64,000 nt of DNA from Octopus sinensis (GCF_006345805.1 NC_043002.1:60326001-60390000), one strand, 5' to 3'. Shown: positions 1 to 17,500, counted from the first letter of the stretch. Translations and numbers: made by a program. The notes: generated by a model from the letters alone, not told the origin.

Positions 1-450
1 AACATGGGTTATGTAGTGAACTAAGTCCGGTCACTGTTTACTGACAGCAAAATATATTGTAAATGCACATCAGCAGGCTCAAGAAGGACTTGCTATGTTC
101 TTCTATCAGTGGGATGGATGGATGCGATACTGGAAGTTCAGTGACCTAAGAGTGGACGAATTTGGAAAGCACACGATGCTGCGGATAATGTGGATTCGAA
201 ACTCATGCGCAGGGTGGGGTTATGGGTAACAGAATATCACGAGAATCGGCTGGATCATGTAGTAGCAGGACACCATATTAGAACAGCACATTGGAAAGCC
301 GAGATTTTATTGCTCCATATGAAACATGAGCACTGATCGAGGATAAATAAGACGAATGGTGTGATAAATCTAACCTGCAGAGTCTATGATTGAGATTTTA
401 CAGGGGCGTTCATTTGTGGCAGTGAATTGGCATCTTGGACCTTTAGGGAG
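1..450 (+). mobile_element. Highly decayed 3' end of a non-LTR retrotransposon (RTE-like)
   Basis: No open frame. Patches weakly resemble the RTE C-terminal RLxWxGHV and GRxRKxW regions. Less AT-rich than the flanks. Confidence 0.3.
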
Positions 451-494
451 TCGTCTTACGCTATATACGTAGCTGTTATCAAAAAGTCGATATA

Positions 495-890
495 TAGGAA
501 GTGGCATAGCTGCGTGATACTAAGTTTGATTTCTAGCCCCATGGTTCCGGTTTCAATATGTGGGACATTGGGCAGGTGACTTCTATTATAGCCTCGAGCT
601 GAGTTAAGCCTTTCCAATAGATTTGGTAGACAGAAACAGTAAGAGGCCTGTAGTATATATATGTATGTCTTTCTGTTTGTCTGTATGCGTGTGTGTATGC
701 GTGCGTGTGTGTGAGTGGTGGTGTGTTTACGTCAGTATAACTTAACGGTTCAGCAAACGTGACCGATACAATAAAGGCTTTGAGTTACCGGGGTCGATCT
801 GTTCGACTGGACTTCTTCAAGGCGGTGCCTCAGTATGGCCGTGGTCTAATGAGAGAAACAAGTAGAATAATACCAGAATAAAAGAGATGA
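495..890 (+). mobile_element. tRNA-derived SINE, family B (internal TA/TG microsatellite)
   Basis: tRNA-like head (atggttccggtttcaat), then atttggtagacagaaac, an internal TA/TG tract and the 3' end aaggcggtgcctcagtatggccg...gaaacaagtagaataa. Matches several other copies in the window. Confidence 0.75.
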
Positions 891-1358
891 CAGAGCTAAA
901 GCAATGACAATTTCGTGAACACCACAGTGAGAACCATCTGCATATACAGTCTTCACCAAACCTGGCAAATCCCTAAGACAAGCTTCTGAGAACATGTTCT
1001 AAACATTGCTGGTAATGCACAAGGCTGAAACGTGGCACGTGAGAAAGGAATTCATGGTTTCAGAAAATGTCGCAACAAAAGACTTTGTACAGATGTCAGA
1101 AGCTTCCACGTTTTTTCTGTAATCTGAAAAGATGTAAAGGTGTCATTCAGGAGAATATGGAGAAATATCAAAAATATGTGGAAACGGTGGAAGGATGGCA
1201 AAATTCTGACTCATGAATAAACTGGTTTGGCACTGCTCCCTAGATTTCATACCATCAATGGGGTGGTTAAATCAGGGTTGTCACAACGTGAAAAGCATAG
1301 AAACTACGGCTTGACGTATGTAACATGCAAATAACTGATGCATGCAACATAATGCTGC

Positions 1359-1375
1359 GTATATATTATATATAT

Positions 1376-1436
<61 letters not shown>

Positions 1437-1560
1437 TATGTATGTCTTTATGAGAGTGTGGTATTTCTGTGTATGTGTATATACGCGTGTTGATGTTTCT
1501 GCTCGTACGTGGTTGTATATCTGTACATATATATGTAGGTACGTCATGTATATATATATC
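1359..1560. repeat. (TA)n microsatellite
   Basis: Direct observation. Confidence 0.95.
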
Positions 1561-2127
1561 TAAATATGTCTATGCGTTTTATGTATTTGTGCGCATGGAT
1601 AATGGTATATATTCGAAAATAAAAATTGTGATGAATTTCATTGATTTTAAAATTTAATTGTAAACCTAAATAGAATGTTAAGCAGTTTTATTACTTTAAT
1701 ACTTTTGGATATGATGAAGTAACTGAGCGAAAGCGAGAGAATTAAATTTAATTCGTATGTACATTATTATATAAATATACAGATAGACATATACACGCGG
1801 AAAACACTCTGTCAGGCTTTATGTGAATGTATGTAAAAAAAAATGTGTGTATATATAAATTTGAGCGTAATTTGTATGTATGTCATCAACAAAGAATGTG
1901 TATTTAAATGTATGAATGTAAAAATTATATCGGAGCAGTATGTAGGCATCAGCATTAGGGGAAAATTTGCATATATTTTTGCTCACAGGTAACATAATTA
2001 TTTGGAATTTAACATATGTTCTTCCTGTGCATATTAATCGTCTCATTTGAATTGATTTCTAGCTCTTGTGGGTAATAATTTGGTTTAGCGTTTAAATGTT
2101 TTCCTGTTCTTCCTCTTTTCATTTTTT

Positions 2128-2128
2128 A

Positions 2129-2186
<58 letters not shown>

Positions 2187-2682
2187 TATTCTGAATACAT
2201 AAAACAATAACCGCAGAAAGATATTCATCGCAGGCATGCATCTCAGCATTTAAATATATATATTTGTGTGTGTATGCGTGTGTGTGTGTGTGTACATATA
2301 TCAATATATGTGTGTATATATATGTATATATATATATATACAAATAAAGAGTGAGAGAGAGAGTCATACCCACATATGTATGTGTGTATGTGTGTGTATA
2401 ATATGTATATGTAAGTGTGTACATATAATGTAAATCTATATGCTTGAATAAGATCTGTCTCTGCATTCTCTGTGCACATGAATAGTGTTAGTTCAATATA
2501 CATGTATAGCTATGAATATAAGCATGTTGAATATAGTTGCACATTAGGTATTTGCGTACACAGGTGCAGAATAGATTGTATATCTATATATACATAGCTG
2601 CATACATACATAAAATGCTCGGAGGTATGTAGCTGTAACTGCTCGATTGGGAGAATGTGCATTAATATATATATATATATTA

Positions 2683-2719
<37 letters not shown>

Positions 2720-2870
2720 GTTGTGTGTGTTTGTGTGTGTATACATATATATATGTATATATACATATATATGCATACAATATATATAACATATACATAG
2801 ATATATATATGTACACACACATATATATGTGTGGGTACATGTATATATGTACATATGTGTATGCATATGT
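2128..2870. repeat. (TAA)n followed by compound TA/TG/CA microsatellites
   Basis: Direct observation. Confidence 0.9.
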
Positions 2871-3839
2871 GTAGACTTGCAAATATAACTTCCACATCAA
2901 TACATCAAAATTTATAATCTTGTTATCCCAACATTAATTTTGTTTTAAATAATCTATTATATCTTTTATGATCAGTTTCTTGAATTACAACGCTATGTGA
3001 TGGTATTTTTCGAGTTTACCATATTGTTTATTAAATGAAAACAGCCCTGCATTACATGCACACACACACACATATATATATATATATACACAAACACGCA
3101 CATACACACAGGCACGCACGAACGCATGTACGAGGGGAAAATAATCATAAATTCCTTTCCAAATCCTAATATTTGACATAATTACTTCTGCAATAAAATG
3201 GCACCGAATTAAAGCGATGTGGTGTAACGTGACATTTTCGTAGACCAAACCACAGAACAAAATAATTTCCAGCAATTTATAGATACTAGCAACAAAGAGG
3301 AAGTATTCACGTTATTGTATAACACTCGTAAAACAGACAATATTTTATGCAATACATAAAGTTTGCCACGTGAATGGCAAAACAGCCCGAAATGTATGAA
3401 ACAGGAATGTAATGCCAACATGGATAAATCCATCCGAGAACAAAGCCTCTGCAACTAATTCTATGAGTAATGTATAGAAATGGAAGGAGTGAATCCATAG
3501 CAAATACATTTCTTTTCGTCATAAAACCCTAAGAACCAGGCTGTGTAAATGATAATAATATTTTGTTAATGGAGCTTTAGAAACGATTTGGAAGGAAATA
3601 TTTATGTTGTGTATGTGGTGTGAAGAGTGTTTCTCTTGTATCTGTGCTTAATCAAGTCAATAATGGCGGTGTATATATTTAATTGTCCACACGATGGATT
3701 CAATTTAGCCTGATATAACATTGCATTGTTTTCTAAAGCGCGGACGTAATTTCGTAATTTCATCTTTTCCCAAACAAGAAACACTTGTTCGTAGAGAGGC
3801 GCACAAGACAAACAGCTGTGGATGCGCACAGGCATATGC

Positions 3840-5530
<1,691 letters not shown>

Positions 5531-7002
5531 TTTTATTATATTTGCGATATCTTAATTTTCTACAATGTTTTTTCAGCTGTATCTACCCGCACAGGGAAAA
5601 GTTTTATCGCCCCAATTATTATTTATATTTTTCTTTCGTCCTATTTTTTCATTTATTGCTTTCGAAATTTTCCGCTTACATGTTTGTATATTTAAATATA
5701 TGTTCACATGAGAATAGTGTCATAGCCTATGTACATATTTTCTTTAGATTCCTAAATTTTTATCTGTTCGATTTTTTTTTAGCTTAACTTTTTGTATATT
5801 CGTTTATACCTCTATCTACATATTTCCAGTGTTAATGTGCGTTTTTCTGTTTTTTAATATTTTTACTGATTTGTTTTGTTTTTTTTTCGTCATATCTAAA
5901 TTTACAGTTTAACTCTAGTTCTAAATTCCATACGCCCATATCTCTGAAGAATATCTAATTTTCTCGGTCTAGTCGACTGCTATTAATGTCATACGGTACA
6001 AAATCTCTTCTGACTTGTTACAATAATCACGAAAAACATGTGTCGAACACCATTAACTCAACTCACAGTAAATAAAAAGACCTCTTGTTTGTGAGTAATT
6101 TGTTTCTTCATAATAAATAATACGACGTCGGCGAGTTGGTAGAATTTTTAGCTCACTGCTCAAAATAGTTACTGTCATATCTTCCGAATCTTTACGTTCT
6201 GAGATCGACTTTGCCTTTTATGTCTCCCGCTATTGATGAAAGAAGCTACTGCAGATATAATTATTGTGTTCCTTTCTCTTAAAATTGATAGTCTTGACAC
6301 CTGCTGTGGCCCTGTCTCCCATGTAGAGGGGACGCTGCAATCTCAGTCATTTGTACGCCCAGGAAACTGGGCAACCGGCCTTATGAAACCTAGGTCCGGA
6401 GCTACATATATTTATAAACACACGTACACACATACCCGTAGAAACAAATTCACAAAGAAAAAGTAGAGTTCAGTTTGAAAGAATTGATTTTCAAGTTGTT
6501 TCTCAGTGGAAAAATATAGTTTGTTTGAACGTAGGTTCGAATATTGAAACTAAACCAATCCCAGCGCATTTTGTTTCAAGCCATGTCACAATCAAGACAA
6601 ATCAATGGCTGAGCACTGTATGAAACCTATGTCAACAAAAACTCCGCACAAGCCAGTGACAAACTGTGTATATGGTCGCCTGAATGCTAGAAGTAGCAGT
6701 CATATATTGTTAATTTTACAGCACATCCCAGGAAATTGTGGCTCACATTTGTTATTGCGGTTTTATGAATAAAAATTTCTATGGTTTTATCTGTCAGAAT
6801 TCACCTGAAGTTAATCAACATCAGCACGGACTCTGTACAAGTCAGATCTTTTTAACTAGAGCGATTCTGCCCGTCGCCGCACTCATACAGATATTTGAGA
6901 GGAGATTGTGAGAATAAAAGATACAGAATTTGCCATGAATCGTGTTTCACCCAACGAAAATATATCAATGAAAATGAAATCGAAAATAAAACCAATAATG
7001 CG

Positions 7003-7140
7003 AGACGGCAGAATTGTTAGCATGACGGACAAAATGCTTAGCGACATTTCGTCCGTGTTTACGTTTTGTGTTCAGATTCCACCGAGGTCGAATTTGCTTT
7101 TCATCCTTTCGGGATCGATAAAATAAGTACCAATTTTTCA
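7003..7140 (+). mobile_element. tRNA-derived SINE, family A
   Basis: Head ggcagaattgttagcatgacggacaaaatgcttagcg and core accgaggtcgaatttgcttttcatcctttcgggatcgataaaataagtacc, shared with the copy at 53957. Confidence 0.8.
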
Positions 7141-7212
7141 CGGGGGTAGGAACGATGCAAACTTCTTCCCCTCCCTCGATATTGCTGGCCGTGTGTTGCT
7201 CCAGCATGACTA

Positions 7213-7684
7213 GTCTTGTTTCACTCAGTTGACTGCGGCCATGCTCGAGCAACGCCTGTAGTCGCACAGATCGCCCCAAGGAATTATTCTTCATAAGCCT
7301 AGCACTTATTCTATCGGTCCTTCTTCCCGAATCGCTAGGTTACAGGGACGGAAACACACTAACATCATTGTCAAGCGATTACGGTGAGGACAAACACATA
7401 CAGACACGCACACGTAAGTATATGCACACACATGTATGTATATGTATGTTTATATGTATGTATCTATCTATCTTTCTATATATATATATATGTGTGTGTG
7501 TGCGCGTGTTGTGTGTGTGTGACGGGCTTCTTTGAGTTTCCGTTTACCAAATCTACTCACAAGGACTTAGTCGCTCCGTGTCTATAGCAGAAGACATTTG
7601 ACTACGGTGTCACGCAGTGGGACCGATCACTGAACCATGTGCTTTTGGAAGCACCCTTCTTACAACACAGCCATGCCTGTGCCT
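7213..7684 (-). mobile_element. SINE family B, near full length
   Basis: Collinear with the copy at 37510-37921, including the internal microsatellite. Confidence 0.85.
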
Positions 7685-8200
7685 ATGTTTGCAGAGTTTT
7701 AACACATGTTAATACACTGCAGAGTTTCCTTATATTTCCATCACAAAGCTTTGAGGCAGCTGGAACTGAAGCTATAATTACAAAGACGACAAATTAACAG
7801 CTCTACTCAGCTGCCGATTTGAAAACATATTCTATATAACTTCATCCCATTGTAAAATCGAAGAAAACCTGAAATCTAAGAGGGGATTCTCTGACAAAAT
7901 TCAGTATAACCAACTTAATGCCAGCAGGGAAGGTGAAAATCTGTGTAACATCTTTTGTTATATTTCTGCTGCTTTTAAATAAAGTACACGCGCGCACACG
8001 CACACGCACACGCACACGCACACGCACACACAAATATATATATGTATGTGTATATATATATATGTGTGTGTGTGTATGTGTATTTATATATATATATACA
8101 CACACACACACTTATATATATATATATACATAAATTTATATGTTTGTGTATAAATATATGTTGTGTGTGTATGTATGTATATATATATATATATATATAT

Positions 8201-8239
<39 letters not shown>

Positions 8240-8585
8240 TCTCTAGCAAAAAATGAAGATTACTACTTTTGGTTGTCAAGTCTGTCTCGTCTCGATACTG
8301 GTTGAAGAGATTTTAGGGCGAAACACTTAAACACTTGAGATTTGTTTTCGTTTTCAAACTGATTAAGACTTTATGTAACTCAATAACAATACTTGCAAAT
8401 TAAATTTATTCCAATTTAAATTTTATTAATGAACTTTCAAATATAATTCTCTGCATTAGTAATTTTGAATCTGTTATTGTTTTGGTTCAAATAAAAACAA
8501 TTAAGACCCATATATTTCTTTCAGATTTCTCTTAATTACTTGTAACTTACACACGTATATATGCGCATAAATATATACGTGCTTA

Positions 8586-8619
<34 letters not shown>

Positions 8620-8899
8620 GATTCTCTGTTTACAACCACGCACATATACACGGCACACATGGACACCCACACGCCTGATGATTATATGCGTGCGTGTGTG
8701 TGCATGTCTGTGTGATGTGGGGTGGGGGGGTGTGATGGTAGACTCCGTAGTTTGAGAATAATACGACAATTTCTTCTTGAACGATCTGCACCAGCGATTG
8801 CTTTATAAATATCAAATAATTTGTGCTCGACATTAGCTCTCACCCTCCATCAGGTCGACGTTCCCTGATAGGTGCATGGTGTATCATACGTCAGGTGTG

Positions 8900-9030
8900 A
8901 AAATGATCGCAGTGCAACTTGAGATGAAGTGTTTTGCTGAAGAACACAAGGTACCACCCAGTCAAGTAATTGGAAATACGATCTTCCAGTTGTGAGTTCA
9001 ACATCCTAATTTCTAGGCCACACGCCCTAA
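8900..9030 (-). mobile_element. tRNA-derived SINE, family C (CORE-like central motif), partial
   Basis: Reverse strand reads ccttgtgttcttcagcaaaacacttcatctcaagttgc, matching the copy at 18612. Confidence 0.6.
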
Positions 9031-10099
9031 TTATATAATTACATAAATATGGGTTCATGAATGTGGGTCCATAAGCAACGAGTGATTACAAGATCTGGCC
9101 ATGGTGAGAACTTTCAAAAGAAAATTCATATATATCTGGGAAAATACGCGTTTAAATTTAGAAATAAACAATATAAAGATGTATATTAAGCAAAGCGTAT
9201 ACTAGGATAAATGGGGAATATGGTGGGTGTCCAGTAACGGAATATGAATTTTCCCTCGTGCATACGGCGGTAAAGATTTTCTCCTTAGCATTAAGAGAAA
9301 AGCTAATTTGAAACCATGCACATTCGCATGTCATTGAAGGCTGCACACCTCAAAAATTATCGTAATTCTTTGTTCAATGTGTTTGACTGAGGTACTATGT
9401 TACTGATTCTATGATTTTGGTTAGTTTTGCGGTTTCCGCTGTCGATTTGTCCTCTTCCTCAGTTAATCTGGCTTAAGGTTGTAAGACATAAACGGCGCAT
9501 AAACTGGCATAAACTGCAATTTTCGTAGCATGAACACCGAGCTTTTGCAGCAGGAGTGGATTTATGTGAGATGGATTGTTTCATGTCAGAGATGAAGTTG
9601 AAGCTAATCTGAACTATGTGACTATTGAAATATAACCGAGGAGTTTTAATAGGAAATTCCTATCTTTAAAAGTAATTAAAATTTTAATATATTAGACCTA
9701 ATTTTAAGGGAGAACCGGGAGACAAAATAACTTAACCTTTCTGGTGTTGCCCTAGCAATTATGTACTCTTATCGTTGCTCTTGTAATTAAACATAATATC
9801 CTCAACTATGCCATTAAATAGATGCCGTTCTTACTAATAATAACTGTTTATTGTTTAAAGTAACTTTTCCATGGATCATTTGAACACAACATAGGATATG
9901 TGGATTTACGTTAATGAATTACAATTTTTCGCTTTATTATCCTAATTATCTTAAAAACTGCTTGTTTGGAGCCTTTTAGCAAATATGACGATATATTCAT
10001 TTCCATAACGTAAGTCCAAACAAGCCACATTGTGTCTAAATAACTGGTTGAAACACTAAGTAGAAATATGATCAAAATAACATTATATATGTTAACTGG

Positions 10100-10400
10100 C
10101 TAAAGACAATTAAATGCGAATATCATTGCCTGTACTAATTTGTACGCCGATGGGTCCAAATCATGAAATTACATATTGCTGTTTCCATCAACGTTGTATA
10201 AGACAGACAGCGTGGCTTCCATATTCTAATCAAAGTTACTAGATAGGAATCTGATTTATAAAACAGCCGTAAAACTGCCTCTACGTTGCTGTCTTTCGTT
10301 AAGAAGTGCTAGCAATAGTGAGTCTACTATCCACAGATAGTCCTTCAGACTTTGGTTTCCAATAATTTAAAAAATTTTATTCAACTCGCAAGTTCGTCTG
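10100..10400 (+). pseudogene. Decayed RNase H fragment of a non-LTR retrotransposon
   Basis: LYADGSK (10140-10160), then in-frame ASIF*SKL 25 codons later, then TDS after a frameshift. This is the order of RNase H motifs YTDGSK / SxFxAEL / xDS. Confidence 0.4.
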
Positions 10401-11439
10401 TCCCTTTTAAATGTTAGTGTTTTGCTGTCCACTTTGAAGCAGACCTTTCCGTTGTCACTGCCTGATATTTATGATTGATCTTTCAAAGTATTTTTCTTTC
10501 TCAACTTAGTCAAGATCTTTTATTGTTTATAAATGGGACAGAGATAGATAGAGAAAGATAGAAAGTAAGTGAAAGCTAGGGAGAGTCCGAGGGAAAGGAA
10601 GAGTAAGAGAGTGGGAAAGTGAGGGAGAAAGGAGAGAGAAACAGAGGGAGAATGTGGTGATAAAAAAAAACAGAAAGGAAGCAACATAAAGTAACAACCA
10701 CACTCTTACCCTGCGCGTAGAGCGGGTCACCTTAAGCTAGTATATATGTGTGTGTGTATATTTATTCAAATAGATATTATCTTATAAATTTAGATATTTA
10801 TGCATACATTTTGGGGATATATATATATACGGGGACACGCACGCATACACGCATGCGCACACAGGCACGCACCAATACACACATACAGACACCTATATAT
10901 ATATGCATACAAATATGGAGAGACGCATGTAAACATATATTATTATCTCCCTTATAATATATATAATATATATATATATATATCTTACATAAACTATTTT
11001 AAATATTTTCATACCCATAACACATAAAACATTTTCTAAGGAGATCAAAAATGCAACGATGTCGAGCAAAATTGCATTCCTCAAGAAAAATTATTACCAT
11101 AAATATGCCGTATTTAGTAATATTTAGAAATGGACAATATGAATTTATATTATACGGAAATATCGGAAAGAAAAGGAGGTAAAAGGAAAATGCGAAGAAA
11201 ACGAAAAGACTTTAATGAAAATCAAAATGGCGCAATTCTGTCATATCTATAGGATTTCATGTAAATAAAAGGTGCATGAGTGAAAAAGAATTTTAAAAGT
11301 ATTGGATAATATATAATAAATACATAATATTTGAATGATATCATCAACAATATTCGTTGTAATAATGAATATCATACCCACCTCAAATTTTCATGCATAT
11401 AAACAGAATCAATGAGAAATACTGGTATGTATATCTATG

Positions 11440-11940
<501 letters not shown>

Positions 11941-14039
11941 TATAAATTGATAATATTATACTTAGAAAGGATAAACTTATACAATCGCTTCAAGTAATTT
12001 TTAGAAGCATATTACAAATATTATCACATGCATCGTGAGAATGTAGCGTTAAAATTAAATATCTTAAATCATATATTTATTAACATATTCATATTTACAT
12101 ATTTACATACTTCCATATAGATTATATTTGTACTTGTTTCTGTACATAAGTGTGTGTGCGTGTGTGCATAAAGCATGCTTACCTCTGTATGTTTGTCGGT
12201 TTATGTATCCTCATTGAAGGATGTGGGCGAGATGTAAATTAATAATATTCATATATACAAGGAGGAAATCTTAAATTAATTTCATTTTGTTTTTCTTTTT
12301 CTCGAACCCACGCCTTTATGTTAATACGCTGCTTTAACAATCGGTATTCTTATTGGATTTTAATGCGATACCTCCCTTGAAATATTAGATATGAGTCGTC
12401 AAGTTCCATTTGAAGCTTTGGAATATAATTCTGAAATCGAATCTGTATGAACTACTTAGTTCTGTGAAGAGTATTTTGCACAGCGTCATGAGTCAAGCGA
12501 AGCTCGAATTTAACACCTGTGCGATACTCTAAAGGTGTAGATGTTCAGAAGGCAATCGTTCTGCGAATATTTTATGTCAAGCATGAGTACTCGGACGGGG
12601 GGAGGGGCTGTATTAACGAGATTTTAATCGTAGATATCAACGAAAGAGTTTCGCATTTACAATATATTTTCAATGAGTAAAATTATGGCAACCAATCTAA
12701 GTGTCTAATAGTAGGTTCCCATTTGGCCAAGAAACAAGGATCAGTAGTTTTCGTATTTGCTTGTTTCGTTCCTTACAGGTCATATTATAACGATATTAAA
12801 TTGGTATTTACTTGGACGTGCCTTAGTGTAGAATATGAGATTGTTTACGTAGTTGTACGTACCTACATATTTATGTGTTCTTTGACTCCTTTTAATTTAC
12901 GATAAATTTTGGTCGGCCACCTACTTGCTAACAAGGTTGTGAAAGAGCAGATTTTTATAGTCCCATATATCGTTATCGTTTGTAGCGCACGAATTAAGGA
13001 TTTGCGTTACGTATATATGTATGTTTGTCGTTATTCAGTTTTATTTCAAGATTTCTTGTCAATAGAGAAGAAGCAGGTTTCTAACGCAAATCCTAGTTTC
13101 CTTCATATGTATATATGCATGTTTGTACTTGTTTGCGTGAGCTCAAGTAGAAAGCAGGTGGGTATTTCATTAAATCCGCAACTGACATGGAAATCTTAGT
13201 TGCTGGTAGTTTACTTAAAAGATTTTATTTACCAATGGATAATCGACAAAGTCAAGAGCGATTAAATATGCGTTTGTGCATCTGTGCGTGGATGTTGTGG
13301 ATGTTGTGAACGCTGATTTGGGAAAATGGAATAAAAGAAGAAAAGAAACAAAATTCGAAGTGTTTTTGTTGTCTTAGTTACCAGGTAGCTATGGAATTTA
13401 GAATTCCAAGCTAAATTCATTTATCAAAGCTCAGATAAAGTGAGAGAATATATGAATGTTGAAGAAGATGAAACTTGGTGGTGAATTTATCTCTTTGTAC
13501 ATATCAATTTGTTGGTGGTTTTGTCGTATGTGGCGGGTTTGGGAGATTTCGCTATTTTAAGTGATGAAGACATTTATAGAATAAAAGAATGTAAATGTAG
13601 AATAATATTTCCTTTGTCAGTAAAAGCAACTTATGAGGAATTTGCTGTAGGAATGAAAATTAGTTTTCGAATCAGGCGAGAAATATTTGGGAGGCATAGG
13701 AAAATGATAAGAAAGGAAATAGGGTGGTGCATATTTTTGGAAGCTTACAGACGTGAATACACCTATATGACGGCAAGACTCGGTGTATATATGTTCAATT
13801 TCGTACAATATATCTTGTGTGTTTATATAGAACGAAATATAGAGAAACAAAACTAAATATATGTATTAAAAGATTGTCAATGTCCCATATTTTTCCTGGG
13901 CATAGAAACAAATACAGATCATTGCGAGTCCCTGCTTTCCATCACATGGTTCGTGCATTGTTTTGAACATTACGATCTTGTGCTTGACAATTCACGCGCG
14001 CACACAGACATCTCTCTCTCTCTCTCATTCGCTCTCCTT

Positions 14040-14345
<306 letters not shown>

Positions 14346-14904
14346 TCTAAGACGATCTAATACACTTGGATGAGTGAAGATATGTCGCAGAATTTATTTC
14401 AGGAAAGCATTCTCCTCTTGGACGACACGTGTGAAAATGTATCAGCTTTCATCGACTCAGGAGTCAGATTCAGACGTTCTACATACCTACAGTTATTCTT
14501 AAATATTAAAACAGAAACAGCATATAGAACATATGCTGATGTGCCAAAGCTTGATGATGTTGGAATTAATTAACTTGAGGTGCATGAATTATTACCTATG
14601 TAATATTGTTTTACGCTGTTGCGTGTATTTGTTTCTTTTTGTATCTGATCTTTGTTAATGACCTAGAAGAATGTTTCAGTGTCCCTCAATTTGCAATTTC
14701 TATATATTAAGACCAAGAAGATAACATGCAGTAATTAGTTCTGTGAGTCAGAATTTATTTTAACGAGATACTCTTGAAATCACCCGAGGAGACACATCTA
14801 CACCGAAATCAGTTGCAAAATTCCCATTCGCTAGATGGGTCGAAACGTTTGCACCTATCAATAAAGATTCTGGTATCTTAGATTTTCTGTCTCTCTTTAA
14901 TTAC

Positions 14905-15023
14905 ATACCCAAGCATCGGTTATCAAGCGACGTTTGAGGGACAAACACAGGCATACCAACATATGCACACACATACATCTGTACATACATGCATACATAT
15001 ATACATACATACATACATATATA

Positions 15024-15068
<45 letters not shown>

Positions 15069-15253
15069 ATATATAATATATATATATACTACGGGCTTCT
15101 TTTCGGTTTCTGTGTACCAAATCCACTCACAAGGCTTTGGTCGGCCTGAGACTATAGTAAAAGACACTTGCCGAAGGAGCCATGCAGTGGGACTGAACCC
15201 GGATCCATGCGGTCGGCAATCAACCTACTTACCACACAGCCATTCCTGCACCT
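14905..15253 (-). mobile_element. SINE family B, 3'-truncated, expanded internal (TA)n
   Basis: acgggcttcttttcggtttc...ccacacagccattcctgcacct matches the family B 5' half. Confidence 0.85.
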
Positions 15254-16485
15254 ATATGTATATAAATTATTTCTGACGAATGTTTATATGAGATTGTTAT
15301 GATTTATTACGATTTGTATGATTTTAAAGAGAAACGCCTTCATGTTTATACTACCTTCTTCGCGTTTTACAAATGCCTAAATATTTATATATGTTATCTA
15401 AACATTACCTGATATGTATATTTACTTATTTGCGTAAATGTCCATATCTTTGCCTAAATTCGTCTAATTATTTATGTGTACACATAATAAAAATTTCGTA
15501 TATGTTTAACTTTCCTAGCTACCTAACTTCATAATATATTCTTGAACATTAAAATATCCTCAACTGCGGCCATATTTTTACTGCTCATCTTCAATTCACT
15601 TGTTTACTACTTTAGATTAATAGGATTTTGTCTATTTTATTACTTCCCACCACCCTATAAGTATTAATATAACAGTCTACGAAACTGATTTATCTAAGGG
15701 TTTTCCGTTCTTTACTACCACATTTTCTATCTAAGCGTCTAACGTACTTTCAGGTATAAATCAGCAGCGTTTAAATCTTTATTTCTTTTTCTGTAGATGT
15801 ATTAGTAACTTAAACGTAGTATAGAACCTATTTCATCGGTTTCAAAGATTTTTTGTTCGTTTTGTTTATTTTTCAACGTTACTTTATCGTTCAACTACTC
15901 CTTACCGTAGGCTCTTATTTAAATTTTATATCCTTGGCGGTCTTGGGTTCAGCCTAAAAAATCTGTGTATCGTACTCACGCCGTTGTAGCATACACGGAG
16001 GCTTGCTATCTAAACACAACTGACATCTTCCTGAATCATGCTAATTGCATATAGATATATATATATATGCATGTATGAGTGTATATGTACCTGTGTTCAT
16101 AAGTGTATGTATGTGCGTGTGTGCGTGTATGTGTGTGTGTATTCTTTATTTGTGGGTTAACAAGTCTCTTAATTGTTTCATGTAGTGAGAAATATCTCTA
16201 CTATTATCCAGCCTGCTATATGTAAACGTTGCTACTCGTCTCCATCTTGGATAAGAATACGCGTCTCTAAGATAGAACAAGGTAAGGCAAAGAAAGGTGA
16301 TATCACTGGGTTTTGAACACCAAGTCAAGAAATGCAGGACGTATGATACCACTCGTTCTGTTCAGCCCTGTCAGTACCGATTTGGTGCTTATTTCAGATG
16401 TATTTTGTAATTGCTGATATGAACGCCATTTATATTTTTTCTTGCATTCTACAGCGTCCTACTTGCAATATAGCTTTAAAGATAA

Positions 16486-16702
16486 GGCAACGTGCTGACA
16501 GATTCGTTAACACGCCGAACGAAACGCTTAGCGGCATTTCGTCCGTCTACACATCCTGAGTTCAAATTCAGCTGAGGTCAATTCTACCCTTCGTCCTTTC
16601 CGAGTTTATGAAAAAAGTAACAATGGAGCATTGGTGTCGATGTAATCCACTTACCTTCTCCATGCAAATTTCTGGCCTTGTACGAAAATTTGAAATCAAT
16701 AT
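16486..16702 (+). mobile_element. SINE family A
   Basis: tRNA-like head with B box gagttcaaattc, core, and tail aaatttctggccttgtacgaaaatttgaaatc. Confidence 0.8.
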
Positions 16703-17454
16703 CTCTTCAGAGTTGATAGGGTTCTAATATGGCACTTTAACTCATTCGTTTGCATTCCTCTCAGTTTCCATAATCCTTACTTGTTGCCTTTAGCCAACTG
16801 TTTTTCATTTTTTATATCAATTTATGCTTTTTTTCCCAGTAGACATTTATTTACTATTTAAATAGCTCTAATTATTCTTGGCAAGATCATCAGGGTCCAC
16901 TCCTTACTTCCTACTCATGCTGATTTCGTAGCCTGAATCTCTTGTCAACAACTGTCCGCTCATCTTTTCATCTCTCACGTTATTTACACCTGAACCGAAT
17001 GAACTGACCTTGGTATCGTTTGATCTCAACATTCTCGCCAAAAGTGTTACTACGAATATTAATCAAAAATATTTTCGTGCAAATCATCAACTCCTACATT
17101 TTTTATCTCCTTATTTCTTATGTTGCAGCCGAAAGATGTTATACACAACATCCATTGATCTTTTGGCTGGTACTGTGGACGAATATACAAACTACACCAC
17201 ACCTCATATTCTGAAAAAAAATACATTTCAGTTCTGTGAGCAGTTTGGTATATTGTCTAATGCAATGCTTTTCTGCCATTTTTTTTTACCTGTGAACCTC
17301 TTCGGTACCTCCTTTACACTACTGGAATTCCATTACTTTTATTTTTATGATTAAATGTTATTAGGAATTGTATAAAACAAATTTGTTAAAATATTTTGTG
17401 TATTGTAGAATCATAACCGGTTTATTACACATAAACTTTAACAATATATCTTAT

Positions 17455-17500
17455 TTAGACCCCCATGGGCCATATGGACACCATTTTCGAACCACTGGTT
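17455..17500. mobile_element. Possible hAT/Charlie-like terminal fragment
   Basis: ccccatgggccatatggacacc...gaaccactg. The reverse complement begins CAGTGGTTC, as in Charlie-type TIRs. Very short match. Confidence 0.25.

Noticed and set aside
3209-3522. Possible terminal exon (QTTEQNNFQQFIDTSNKEEVF..) after ttttcgtag
   Set aside because: Short, no recognisable homology and no partner exon.
12723-12905. QGSVV..YNDI resembling an RT motif
   Set aside because: Spacing is wrong and there are no neighbouring RT motifs.
14370-14573. 67-aa ORF with an internal ttatttcag acceptor
   Set aside because: No convincing donor or homology. Expected by chance.
14815-14855. cccat..atggg hairpin followed by GAAACGTT, HHR-like
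   Set aside because: The CUGANGA core is absent.
16186-16287. Candidate 96-nt exon ending in AAG|gtaagg
   Set aside because: Splice-like signals alone are common. The peptide is unrecognised and no gene context exists.
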